Origin: Octopus bimaculoides
Lineage: Eukaryota
Direction: 5' to 3'
Assembly: GCF_001194135.2 (NCBI RefSeq)
Contig: NC_068983.1
Location: 115,674,893 to 115,738,892, forward strand
DNA: 64,000 nucleotides
In this document: positions 12,200 through 24,001 of the stretch, one piece after another
Numbering within the stretch: position 1 is the first letter of the stretch
How the letters are laid out: the number at the start of each line of letters is the position of its first letter
The notes under the pieces: generated by a model
What the model was told of the DNA's origin: nothing
Database searches by the model: none
The model's input: only the letters and a program-made list of their open reading frames with translations
Translations under genes and position numbers: made by a program

Positions 12200-12420
12200 T
12201 TTGATGGTGAGCTGGCAGAATCATTAGCATGCCACGCAAAATGCTTAGTAACATTTTGTCCATCTTTATGTTCTGGGTCCAAATTCCACCAAAGTTGACT
12301 TTGCCTTTCATCCTTTCGGGGTCAATATAATAAGTACCAGTTGAGCACTGGGGTCAATCTAATCAACTTCAGCCCCTTCCCCAAAAATTCTGGCCTTCTG
12401 CCAAAATTTGAAGCCAATAA
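12200..12420 (+). mobile_element. tRNA-derived SINE with Deu/Nin-like central domain, (ATT)n tail (many copies: 16270-16950 x3, 25260-25480 minus, 28780-29040 minus, 50383-50598, 59230-59630)
   Basis: GGTGAGCTGGCAGAATC..GTTC(A)AATTC..GACTTTGCCTTTCATCCTTTCGGGGTC.ATA.AATAAGTACCAG. The central motif resembles the Deu/Nin SINE domain from memory; not aligned. Confidence 0.75.
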
Positions 12421-12535
12421 TTGAAGCAGGCCTACCTTACCATAATGTGCTACCAACATCAGTTGAGTATTAAAATTGTCATTTTCAAAATTTGTTATAT
12501 TAATCTTTGTATCTTCAATTTCTTTCTTAAACAAG

Positions 12536-12703
12536 GTGCGTATGCAACATGAAACCTACCCTCCCAACTGTGAACAGGTGTCTCGACAGGTGTTACTCAT
12601 TAACGAGGTTGAAGTTTTAGATCGGTTAACATCCTCCCCATATAACAAATTCCTTTACCAATATACCTCTGAATCAACTCCTAAACAAACATATGCAAGT
12701 ATG
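12536..12703 (+). CDS. ATG2: ATG2 exon
   Basis: acaag|GTG...ATG|GTAAGC; VRMQHETYP...SRQVLLINEVEVLDRL.SSP.NKFLY.Y.SE..P, a conserved ATG2 block. Confidence 0.95.
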
Positions 12704-13095
12704 GTAAGCATTATTTTACTTCTCATTAATCGTTAATGTTTAATTGGTATCCAAACACATTTTTACTTTACTTGTATTTCTAAATTCCGCTTTATATTCT
12801 TATTGAAAATGCTAAACATGTCTCATAACCCATAATAAACTACAGAGTCAACATCAAAGACCACCTCTTCAGTTAGATGAGACAACGACAGAAGTTATGT
12901 AGTCACTTAATTTACAATGACTGGTATCGATATTTCTCTCAGATCACACCCCACCATCTCCATAAACAAAAAGAAGATGAGATTGTCATTGCTGGAACGA
13001 CTTTCAATCATGTCGTCTTGATTAGAGGGAATTTGGGGATAAATAACATCTCCAGGCATTGTGTCAATGAATTAGAGTCAGAAATATGAGGTGGA

Positions 13096-13479
13096 GGAGG
13101 CGCAATGGCCCAGTGGTTAGGGCAGAGAACTCGCGGTCATAGGATCGCGGTTTCAATTCCCAAACCGAGCGTTGTGAGTGTTTATTGAGCGAAAACCCCT
13201 AAAGCTCCACGAGGCTCCGGCAGAGGATGGTGGCGAACCCTGCTGTACTCTTTCACCACAACTTTCTCTCACTTTTACTTCCTGTTTCTGTTGTGCCTGT
13301 AATTCAAAGGGTCAGCCTTGTCACACTGTGTCCACTCTGAATATCCCTGAGAACTATGTTAAGGGTACACGTGTCTGTGGAGTGCTCAGCCACTTGCACG
13401 TTAATTTCACGAGCAGGCTGTTCCGTTGATCGGATCAACTGGAACCCTCGACGTTGTAAGCAACGGAGTGCCAACAACA
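13096..13479 (+). mobile_element. tRNA-derived SINE (second copy 57274-57655)
   Basis: A box TGGCCCAGTGG, B box GGTTTCRATTCC, CAACAAC tail; two full-length, highly similar copies in the window. Confidence 0.88.
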
Positions 13480-13905
13480 TCAAGTGGAATTAAGTAAACT
13501 GAATCAACTGGGAATTGAACCTGCCTTACAGATTTCTCTCTCTAAGTTAATCATTACTGTATGGTGCTTGTATTTATTTTTATTCAGAGGTGATAGAACA
13601 AACACCACTAATGTGCTGTGGTCACTGGTCAATTCAGTGATTGATCACATCATCACCTCTACCTCTGGCCTTTGCTGCTTTTTTTACGTTTTTATATTTC
13701 TATCTTGTATATGCGTGTATGTTTGTATGTATGCATTCTGCATATGCGTTTCAGTGTTTGTTTGTGTGTGTGTGGAGTGCGTGTGTGTATATGGTCACGT
13801 GTTTCCATCTCTTTTTGTGTATGTGTATGTGTGCTTGTCTGTCTGTATTACCTATGTACCTATCTATCTACTTACCTATCTGTTTACCTACATATNNNNN
13901 NNNNN

Positions 13906-13943
<38 letters not shown>

Positions 13944-14009
13944 CCTACATAACAGTCTACTAACAAGTCTACCTGTGTATGTAAATACAGTGGGTATTGG
14001 GGTATCACT

Positions 14010-14430
14010 ACCTTCTATGTGTGTTTCCTATTTAGTATGGGGGATGCTTCATTTATAAGGATGTACTTCAGTATTTGTCTGAGTGATGGGGTCTTTGGGT
14101 GCTTGGATAAAATGCGGATGTCAAGTCGGCCTAGTGTGCCTCCATGTTGGTCTTTTGGCATGTTGATAGAGTATGGAGGAATGTTTTTTGTCGTCATATT
14201 GTCTCAAATGTTCGTTTAATCTCTCCGCAATGCTTCCAGATGTCTCACTAATGTATGTCATGTTCATGTCTTTACAAGCACCCTCTATGCACCTTATGCT
14301 GTAAACTACATTTCTAGTTCTACAGTTAATGCCAGACTTAATCTTACATACCATGCAATTCTCATTGGTGCATGTGGTGTTCTCAAAGGGGGTACACCCT
14401 ACATAACTGTGATCTGATGGAGCTCCCTGA
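14010..14430 (-). mobile_element. Penelope-like element fragment, GIY-YIG endonuclease
   Basis: CTNENCMVC..SGINCRTRNVVYSIRC...YISETSGSIAERLNEH...LRQI...ILINEASPILN matches the PLE GIY-YIG pattern (NVVY.I.C..C...YIGET.R....R..EH). Confidence 0.85.
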
Positions 14431-14431
14431 C

Positions 14432-14467
<36 letters not shown>

Positions 14468-15314
14468 TATGTGTATACACATGCACACAAACAAACAAAA
14501 AGAATGCAGCTCCAATAACGGACAGCCAACAACTAATGAAGATGTTGCAAGAAGCAATGAAAATTTTAGAATAGAAAAAATAATAAATAAATAAATGAGT
14601 GGAAATAGAATCAGTGAGTGTGTTAAAACAGAATGATTCTCCCCAGACACAACAAAATATGCTTCAGCACACGAATTCACATAAAGAATCTTGCAAACCA
14701 AATACAAAAGAAAGTTTCAAAAATAACTCTTCTTAATGAAAGCTAGTGGATGAGATTTCTACAATATTATACAATTGTAGGAACTATGGCTAATAAAGTG
14801 AGGCTAAATATATATATATGGCTGGTGGATACCAGACATTTGTTGTTGTTATTGTTGTTTAGTCCTAGCAGGCCTGTAATCATGACAGGACGGTTATAGT
14901 TTTCCAGCCATGGCCATCCTGTCTTTTTTAGTAGTATTAAAGACGACATTATTCTGTATGTTCATCCTTTAAGACAGTGAAATTCTTTCAATGAGTCGTA
15001 GACATTTGTGATTAAGAGCTTAGAAAATTTAAGTTCGTTTGTAAATATTGATTGGCATATTTAATAGGAATATTACCACTGGTTTGGAATATTAAGAATA
15101 GTTAATGCAGATAGATGATAGTGTTGTCTGTGGTAGATGATAGGAAAGGGTTTCAGAAGTAGTCTGAAGCAGAATTATAGAACCAGTTTGATTTATACAA
15201 ATTAATCTCTAGGAGTTATCAGAAATTAGCATATAATAAATGGATCTACACACAGGTTACTTTTTTGTTTTTTCAGAAACTTTAATGTAAGCTATTCTTT
15301 GCTTTGTGTTTCAG

Positions 15315-15416
15315 TTGCTCATCAAAGCTTTGCACACATGTCCAGATCCTGCTGTCCCTGCTGAAGAATGTGCCCTTAAAATATCTGTTCAACCTATCAA
15401 ACTCAACATTGACCAG
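15315..15416 (+). CDS. ATG2: ATG2 exon
   Basis: tttcag|...CAG|GTTAGT; LLIKALHTCPDPAVPAEECALKISVQPIKLNIDQ. Confidence 0.95.
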
Positions 15417-15812
15417 GTTAGTTGATCCCTGATATTTGTCCTAGTGTAGTGAAGTACTATGAAAAATTGCAATCTAGATTCTAGCATATCTCCCCTATCA
15501 TATTTCCATCTCTCACAATGCTTATGTTAGCAAAAATTAAATAAATTGTGACAGAATAAACTATCTAAAAGGTATCAACTATTCATTGATCTACAGATAC
15601 ATTAAATTTGAAAAGTTTTTAGAAAAAGTTTGCAGCCCACAGAAAACATCTTTGTGGCCCATGTAAGAATAGAATTACTTACCTTGGTGAAGAGTTATGA
15701 TAGATATATTGAGAACATGTCAGTGAAAATGTAATTTGATGATTTTATTTCACTAAAATCGCCATTGAAACATCACACTTTTTTTATTCTATTTTTTTTT
15801 TTAATCTTCCAG

Positions 15813-16135
15813 GATGCTCTCTTTTTCCTTATGAAGTTTATGTCTGAAATTATGAATGGTTCCTCATCAATAGATCACTTAAAGTCAAGGAAATCTCCAG
15901 AACATGAATTGAAAGCTGAAAGTTCTCGGAGACGTTCTTCAAGTAATGCACCTTTACCCATATTGAGTACAAATATTCAAGGACCACCGGCCAGTTCTGA
16001 AGAAGATGATAAACAACAGGAGATGTTGATAAAATTTGATATCAAAGAATCGATTGATCTTTCTTCAGAATCTTCTACCTCTGTACCTTCTGAAAACAAG
16101 GAAAATCGAACAATGTCTCAACCCACCTATTTCAG
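15813..16135 (+). CDS. ATG2: ATG2 exon
   Basis: ttccag|GAT...AG|GTAAG; DALFFL.KF...low-complexity linker...QPTYFR; phase 0 to 2. Confidence 0.93.
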
Positions 16136-16220
16136 GTAAGGATAATTTTTAGTCTCATTAAAAACTAATCTCACTGTTATTTAAAAAAATTATTCATCAT
16201 CATCATCATCATCATTATTA

Positions 16221-16251
<31 letters not shown>

Positions 16252-16974
16252 TATTATTACTATTGCCATAAGGTGGTGAGCGAGCAGAATCGTTACCTCA
16301 CCAGACAAAATGCTTAGCAGCATTTCATCCATCTTTACATTCTGAGTTCAAATTCTGCCAAGGTCAACTGTGCTGTTCTCCTTTTGGGATCAATGAAATA
16401 AGTACCAGTTGAGTACTGGGGTTGATATAATCAACTTGCCCACTGCCCTGAATTTGCTGGCCTTATGTCAAAATTTGAAGCTATTATTATCATAACCATC
16501 CCAAGGTGGCAAGCTGGCAGAATCATAAGCATGCTGGGCAAAATGCTTAGCGGCATTTCATCCGTCTTTGCATTCTGAGTTCAAATCCTGTCAAGGTCGA
16601 CTTTGCTTTTCATCCTTTCAGGGTCAATAAATTAAGTACCAATCGAGCACTGGGACCGATGTAATCGACTTCATCTCTCTCCCAAAATTTCAGGCCTTGT
16701 GTCTATAGTAGAAAGGATTATTATTATAACTATTATGAAGGCAATTGATTAGCTGAACTTTCTCAGAGCATTGGACAAAATTCCTTGTGGTATTTGTTTC
16801 CAGCCTTTCATATTCCAAGCTTAAATCCTACCAAGATCAACTACTTTGCCTTTTGTCCTTCTGAGTTTGATAAAGTAAAGTACCATTCAAGTACTGGGGC
16901 AGAGAATTTCAACTAACACTCTCCTTGTTAGAATTCCAGGTCTTGTACCTTTGTTAATAGTAGTATCCAAAAAA

Positions 16975-17360
16975 ATAGCTTGGAACAGCCCGCATCCTAT
17001 GCAAGACACTATTAGTTCAATAATACAACCTAACCAAAACAATCTACAAACACAAGACACTCAATACAGCAAATATCCTATGAAATAAACTATCACCAGC
17101 AAGTTGGATACCCAAGGCATTACACACACAACACATGATACAAACACTAATACAACAAAAAACTGCGTCACATCATATAAAAAAAAAGAGACTGATGCAA
17201 TACAATACTGGGAAAAGTTTGCACATTCCCAACGACAGAAAAGAACACACAATGCTGCACACACCTTGGCAACATGGATGTGTAGCAGATGATGCAGCAG
17301 AAATTTGCCTGAACCTACCAAATGTTGGACAACAACAGTAATAATAATAATTATAATACC
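16975..17360 (+). mobile_element. R4/Dong-like LINE extreme 3' end
   Basis: IQK.(frameshift)LGTARILCKTLLVQ* resembles the R4/Dong ORF terminus (LLGTARILRKVL); followed by a UTR ending in (TAA)n. Confidence 0.6.
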
Positions 17361-19748
17361 AATAAAAATTGTTGTTGTTGTTGTTGTTGTTGATGAGAAA
17401 TGGAATTGTGAGAGTGGTTAACAAATGTTTTTATGTTATTTAGTTATATTCCTTTATGACTTTGTGTGTCATCCTTCCAGGGTCAACAATCAACTTCTAA
17501 TTAACTACTGGGCTCCTTTAAATCAATGATACAACTTATCCAAATATGTGGCCTTGTCCACATGTTAGAAATTGTAATTATTATGGTTATAAAGAAAGTG
17601 GAATTATATAAATATTACAGTACCATCTTGTGGTGTTTAATTTGGTTGTTCTGCCTTCTGAATTCAAACATTTCTAGATCGTTTTTGACCTTTTATCACT
17701 TGTCAGGTATTAGAATTGATCAACTCAACACACACTCTGTCACCAAAATTATGACCGTGGAACATAAAATAGTATTTTACATTATTTTAATTTGCCCCTC
17801 AAAATTCTGAATTTAAGTTTTATGAGGGTTGACTATGTCTTTATCACTTTCCAATGCAGCCCCTTACACTCCCTTACACCGTCTCACTTTCCCAACCTCA
17901 CCATCAACACTGAACAGTCCTTTTTCTTATATTCTGTTTATCTCTGCAAGTCTTCAGATTCTTCAGTGATTTAAAATAGTTCATAAAATGACTAAGTTTA
18001 CCTCCATTATGTTTAATAAACATAGGCAGTGAATTGGCTGAGTCATAGAGCATTGGACAAAAAACCATTTAACATAATTTTGACTTGTTGCATTCTGAGT
18101 TCAAATCCAGCTGAGATCAACTTTAGAGTGTCAGATTGAATGTCCTGTGTTATTTGTTTTGACTCTTTGGATTCTGTCTTCAGATCCTGCTTTGGACTTG
18201 CGTGCTTTTAGCTGAATCCATTCTGTACAAGCATTCAGGACAGCTCTGTAAAATTTATAGATACCTTCCTTCCCTCCCTCCCTCCCTCCCTCTCACCAGT
18301 CTTGAAAGTGTTCTCTANNNNNNNNNNNNNNNNNNNNNNNNNNNNNNNNNNNNNNNNNNNNNNNNNNNNNNNNNNNNNNNNNNNNNNNNNNNNNNNNNNN
18401 NNNNNNNNNNNNNNNNNNNNNNNNNNNNNNNNNNNNNNNNNNNNNNNNNNNNNNNNNNNNNNNNNNNNNNNNNNNNNNNNNNNNNNNNNNNNNNNNNNNN
18501 NNNNNNNNNNNNNNNNNNNNNNNNNNNNNNNNNNNNNNNNNNNNNNNNNNNNNNNNNNNNNNNNNNNNNNNNNNNNNNNNNNNNNNNNNNNNNNNNNNNN
18601 NNNNNNNNNNNNNNNNNNNNNNNNNNNNNNNNNNNNNNNNNNNNNNNNNNNNNNNNNNNNNNNNNNNNNNNNNNNNNNNNNNNNNNNNNNNNNNNNNNNN
18701 NNNNNNNNNNNNNNNNNNNNNNNNNNNNNNNNNNNNNNNNNNNNNNNNNNNNNNNNNNNNNNNNNNNNNNNNNNNNNNNNNNNNNNNNNNNNNNNNNNNN
18801 NNNNNNNNNNNNNNNNNNNNNNNNNNNNNNNNNNNNNNNNNNNNNNNNNNNNNNNNNNNNNNNNNNNNNNNNNNNNNNNNNNNNNNNNNNNNNNNNNNNN
18901 NNNNNNNNNNNNNNNNNNNNNNNNNNNNNNNNNNNNNNNNNNNNNNNNNNNNNNNNNNNNNNNNNNNNNNNNNNNNNNNNNNNNNNNNNNNNNNNNNNNN
19001 NNNNNNNNNNNNNNNNNNNNNNNNNNNNNNNNNNNNNNNNNNNNNNNNNNNNNNNNNNNNNNNNNNNNNNNNNNNNNNNNNNNNNNNNNNNNNNNNNNNN
19101 NNNNNNNNNNNNNNNNNNNNNNNNNNNNNNNNNNNNNNNNNNNNNNNNNNNNNNNNNNNNNNNNNNNNNNNNNNNNNNNNNNNNNNNNNNNNNNNNNNNN
19201 NNNNNNNNNNNNNNNNNNNNNNNNNNNNNNNNNNNNNNNNNNNNNNNNNNNNNNNNNNNNNNNNNNNNNNNNNNNNNNNNNNNNNNTTTCTTCATTTTGT
19301 ACTTCTTTGTAGAAAACATTTTCATTCTCCCTCTTCTTGAAAATTTGCTTCGCAATGAAAGCCGGTTAGAAATCTTTATTAAAATATGCTTCCAGTTTAG
19401 CATTCTGCCTTATTATTATTTTTCATTTTCCTATTATTTCTCCACGTGCGGTTAACACAACTCCACTATTTACTGACTTATATATATATATATATGTATG
19501 TGTGTTTGTGTGTCAGTGTTTGTCCCCCCCACCATCGCTTGACAACCGACGCTGGTGTGTTTACGTCCCCTTAAATTAGCGGTTCGGCAAAAAGAGACTA
19601 ATAGAATAAGTACTAGGCTTCCAAAGAATAAGTCTTGGTGTCAATTTGCTCGACTAAAGGCAGTGCTCCAGCATGGCCTCAGTCAAATGACTGAAACAAG
19701 TAAAAGAGTAATGTACTGAGATTAATTCAGTCATCTATAACCTCAATC

Positions 19749-20163
19749 GGTAATCTTCCAGTTTCGGGAGGTAAAAAAAGTAAATAAAAATACAAGGGAA
19801 ATAACTTAATGTCTTACTAGTATTATCCGTACTCTCCTCACCTCACCCGTTCGCGAGCACGCATTTTTTTCTTCATATTCGTTCACAGCAAGTTGTTTTA
19901 CACCTATTACACTAATCTTTTTTTTTTATTTTTGAGCTCTGGTCAAACGCTTTAGTTTGACCATTATTTCCCTATACTGGAAGATTACCATAAGTTGTTG
20001 TGCAGCCAGTACTATGATATTCAATCACGTGTGTGATTTATTTATAAACAGCTAAAAAAAAAAATCACATTTCAGAGTAGTACGGATAATACTAGTAAGA
20101 TGTTAAGCTATTTCCCTTGTATTTTTATTTACTCTTTTTACCTCCCGAAACTGGAAGATTACC
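19749..20163. mobile_element. MITE with 85-bp TIRs and 8-bp TSD, Merlin-like
   Basis: TIRs 19749-19833 and 20079-20163 (4 mismatches), ends GGTAA...TTACC; flanks CCTCAATC / ACTCAATC (7/8). Confidence 0.85.
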
Positions 20164-20338
20164 ACTCAATCTATAAAAAATATATTAGTTTTGGGTCAAG
20201 TTGAAATAAGTCAAGGAAAATACTTGAGAAATTCTCAGTTAAATGTAATGGAAAGCATTTTCGTTTTTTCTTTTAATATTTTCTATGTAAAGGTTTTTTA
20301 TTTCTAATCAATCATATTCATTATGTTCTATTACATAG

Positions 20339-20408
20339 GTCTGTGATATTTTCTCCCGATTTGCCCATCCGTCTTGATTACAATGGTAAACGTGTGGATA
20401 TGGAGCAG
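20339..20408 (+). CDS. ATG2: ATG2 exon
   Basis: acatag|G...CAG|GTAAGT; SVIFSPDLPIRLDYNGKRVDMEQ aligns to ATG2 F..EVPIRLDYHGKHV.M.Q. Confidence 0.95.
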
Positions 20409-21019
20409 GTAAGTTTGCTGTCAAATTTATTAATTGCATGTGGCTCTTCTATTAGTGATAGTGAGAGGGCCATATTTCAAGATATTGGAAAAGAAAAAAA
20501 TGATATTAATCAGCTCTCTTATAATGTATGAAATGTGTTGACCCACACCAACTTTTTAGCATGTATACAGCATCTCACAATCATTACAATCCTTGAATGT
20601 TTTTATACTATTAAATATATGCAGTTATGTCTTATTTACCTAAATATTCATTTTATACCGAAAGTTGTGGCACAGTCAACTTTCACTGATGAATTTCAAT
20701 AATTGGAGTTGTCTCCCATAATTGCTGAACAATTTGAAATACGAAAATTTAAAATATATGTTGACATCCATTTACTTACTGTTTATCATGTGGATGAATT
20801 GTCTTAAATAAGTCTTATACACTTTTTATAAGAAAGTGGGGTGTTTTTGACATCAACTTACCAGAGACTGCCTGTAGTTCTATGATACAAAACTTCTTGC
20901 ATTATAGTGCCTATATCTAAATTACTCTCTTCCCAGTTTTATGTAAGAAATTTTTGTTACTTATATTTCATATATCTTAAAAATGAAACATTTCAGAACT
21001 TTCTTAAATCCCTGTCATG

Positions 21020-21210
21020 CAAATGGCACCTGTGCCAGTGGCACATAAAAGCACCCATTACACTCTCAGAGTGATTGATGTTAGGAAGGGCATCCAGTTG
21101 TAGAAACCATGCCAAATCAGACTGGAGTCCAGTGCAGCCTTCCAGCTTGCCGGCCCTAGTCAAACTGTCCAACCCATGCCAGTTTGGACAACGGACGCTA
21201 AATGATGATC
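21020..21210 (+). mobile_element. RTE 3'UTR-only copy (plus copies also 2070-2215, 53030-53412; minus copies 23415-23560, 24455-24760, 26500-26710, 26955-27169, 30762-31080, 31768-32100, 46410-46615, 63817-64000)
   Basis: GTGGCACATAAAAGCACC..GTTAGGAAGGGCATCCAG..AACCCATGC..(GAT)n. Confidence 0.8.
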
Positions 21211-21738
21211 ATGGCAATGAAAGAGTTGAATTTACATATTCAACTACTTCACTAATTAATTATTCTTAAGATACATCACTAACAAACTATTGTTAAACTA
21301 CATCACTACAACAATTTAGAATATGTATCTGCATTTGATAATTAGCACGCACTAAAGTCTAGCTCATCCTTCAACTAAACACTGTTTAATGTTCTTGTGA
21401 ATCAAGTTCCTCTCGTGAAACTGTATTGAAAGTTTAATAATAAATTAAGTTACCAGTTTTCATCTTGAAATGTTATGTTCCACCATCGTTATCTTAATCA
21501 TTTTACATTCTTTTTCCCATGTTAACGTAGATTCAATAGATTTTTTTTAAAGCAGTGTTTTGTGGTCAGATGCCCTTCCTCTCAATAACCCTTTTAGGTA
21601 CCCTTCACAACATGCAGACACACAGCAACCTATTCTAAGACCAAGTTTAGTGCAAGAATTGTTTGTTGTAGATCAATGCTTTTTTTTTTTCTTTCCTAAC
21701 CAAATTCCAATAAAAAGAATAATTAATTTTTCTTATAG

Positions 21739-21821
21739 GGGACCATTGCTGGACTCTTGGTTGGTTTAGCCCAGCTGAACTGTTCAGAACTAAATCTGCG
21801 AGCAATCAATTATAGACATGG
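21739..21821 (+). CDS. ATG2: ATG2 exon
   Basis: ttatag|GGG...GG|GTAAGT; GTIAGLLVGLAQLNCSELNLRAINYRHG. Confidence 0.96.
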
Positions 21822-22943
21822 GTAAGTGATGATTACATTACTCTCAAGTTTAAAATGTCATATGTATATTGGATTAAAATCTATTTACCATTTGGTACCA
21901 ATATAAAAAAAATTTCAGACTTTAAACTTCTCTTAGTCTGTTTAGTAAATTATTAATTTCTTCTCTGATGATTCACACTCTCTTCACGAGAGAATGTTAC
22001 TATTTTTGTAATAATTGTGTCATAGAACACTTGCACTTTTGGCCTGAAATTTTTATCCCAGAGATAATCAAGCCACATGATGTGATTTACTGTCAAGTCA
22101 TTACATAAAGAAAATATAGCATGACCAAACACCTAAGAAGTTTGCTTGACAAACTCAAGATCCTGGGTTCAGTCCCATTGTTTGACCTCTTGGTCAAGTG
22201 TCATTTGCTATAGCCTTTGGCTGACCCAAGCCTTATAAGTGAAACTGAGTAGATGCTAAATTGATAGACACTAATTCAACTGGCAGGTAATTCTGTAGAT
22301 CAAACTAACAGAAGTCCATGTCAGGAGGCAGGCAGTGCTATTAAAGCAGGAAACAAATGAAGCGTAGAACTGAAGAATATATGTATATATATATGTATAC
22401 AGCCCATCCAACTGGTTTCTGCAGTTTTACGTACAGAGCTGGTGTCAGCTTAAGGCAGAAGTTAGAAAAAACTAGCTCTAGATTCCACTCAGTGGAATGT
22501 AAATGAACTGCCTGACCAGAAGATAGCAGATTTAAGCATCAATGTGAAACTTATAATTTTGAAATTAGACATTAAGTTTTACTCACACATGAATATCAGT
22601 CTAGCTATCTGTCAGTTAATCATTTACTCATCCAATAAATACAGAAGTTACATTGAGCTGCTTCAGGTTTTGTATTCCAGAAGTACAATATTTGGCTATG
22701 CTTATACAAGGCATATTGTGTATGACCCAACAATCATTCAAGCTCATGCACTTTTCGAATTTGAAACATGAACTAGCTTACCAATAACATCTGTATTTAT
22801 TAAATTCTATTTCACTCTTACTGAATTAAGTGAGTTTTTCCTTTCTTTTTTACTGATTTTATCTACAGAAGAAACATACTCTCTCTCTCTCTTTATATAT
22901 ATATATTTGTATTATTTTAAGAAAGTGTTCTTGATAATTACAG

Positions 22944-23065
22944 CTTACTAGGAATCCAACGTGTCCTTGTATCAATGTTAACCGACTGGCTTGATGATAT
23001 TAAGAAAAATCAAATACCTCGCATCTTAGGAGGAGTGGGACCTATCCACTCAGTTGTACAATTGA
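22944..23065 (+). CDS. ATG2: ATG2 exon
   Basis: tacag|C...A|GTAAGT; LLGIQRVL..MLTDWLDDIKKNQIPRILGGVGPIHSVVQL. Confidence 0.96.
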
Positions 23066-23219
23066 GTAAGTTTGTTTTCTGAAACATTTTTATTTCACCT
23101 ACCTTGTGTCTCACTACATCTGCATGCTTGCATGCAGATATATGTTCATATGCACACACTCACACATGCATACATACACACATACATGCATACATGTGTA
23201 CAAATATATTATATATGTA

Positions 23220-23415
23220 TCAAGAGCATAGCTGTAAGAATAAGAATAGCCTGGGCAAAGTTCAGAGAGCTCCTACCTCTGCTGGTAACAAAGGGCCTCT
23301 TGCTCAGAGTGAAAAATAGACTGTATGCTGCATGTGTGCAAACAGCCATACTACATGGCAGTGAAACATGGGCTGTGACTGCTGAGAACATGTATTGGCT
23401 TGCAAGAAATGAAGC
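23220..23415 (+). mobile_element. RTE LINE internal RT C-terminal fragment
   Basis: AVRIRIAWAKFRELLPLLVTKG..LRVK.RLYAACV..LHGSETWAVTAE. Confidence 0.85.
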
Positions 23416-23846
23416 TGAGAGTGTAGTGGGTGCTTTTATGTGCCACCGGCACGAAGGCTAGTCAGCGGGTACTGGCAACAGCCACGCTCGAAATGGTGTA
23501 TTTTATGTGCCACCTGCACAGGAGCCAGTCCAGTGGGACTGGCAACGAACTCGCTCGAATGTCTTTTCTTAAAAAATGAAATTCTGAAAGAAAGCAGGAA
23601 CTTCATTTTCCTTACATTTTGTAGAAGCTTGTTTTTGTGCAACCAAACAATTTTATAGTTAAAGTATTATTTTAACTGAAATGTTCTCTTGTTGGTGTGT
23701 GGAGTTTTCCCCTAAAAAATGTTCATATAAATGTGTATAAAATATTCTTAAAAATTAAGACAAAAAATTCTGTATGTGTTTGATCAAAGCCCATTTAAAA
23801 AAAATTGTCCTTTATTCCTGTGAATTTGTATCTGGAACATTTTCAG

Positions 23847-24001
23847 TCCAAGGCATCAAAGACCTCTTCTGGCTGCCAATAGAACAGTACAGACGAGATG
23901 GAAGGATTGTGCGTGGTCTCCAGAGAGGAGCCAGTTCTTTCACTACATCTACTGCGATGGCCATGCTGGAACTTACAAATCGACTGGTCAAGTCAATACA
24001 A
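23847..24001 (+). CDS. ATG2: ATG2 exon (ATG_C region)
   Basis: tttcag|TC...CAA|GTGAGT; QGIKDLFWLPIEQYRRDGRIVRGLQRGASSFTTSTAMAMLELTNRLVKSIQ, highly conserved in ATG2. Confidence 0.97.

Noticed and set aside
13096-13170. tRNA gene
   Set aside because: It has A and B boxes but no acceptor-stem closure, and it runs into a repeated SINE body; it is a SINE head.
18202-19455. Long ORFs spanning N runs (also at 10.4-11.1, 27.0-27.9, 37.4-37.8 and 56.6-57.4 kb)
   Set aside because: Artefacts of translating gaps as X.
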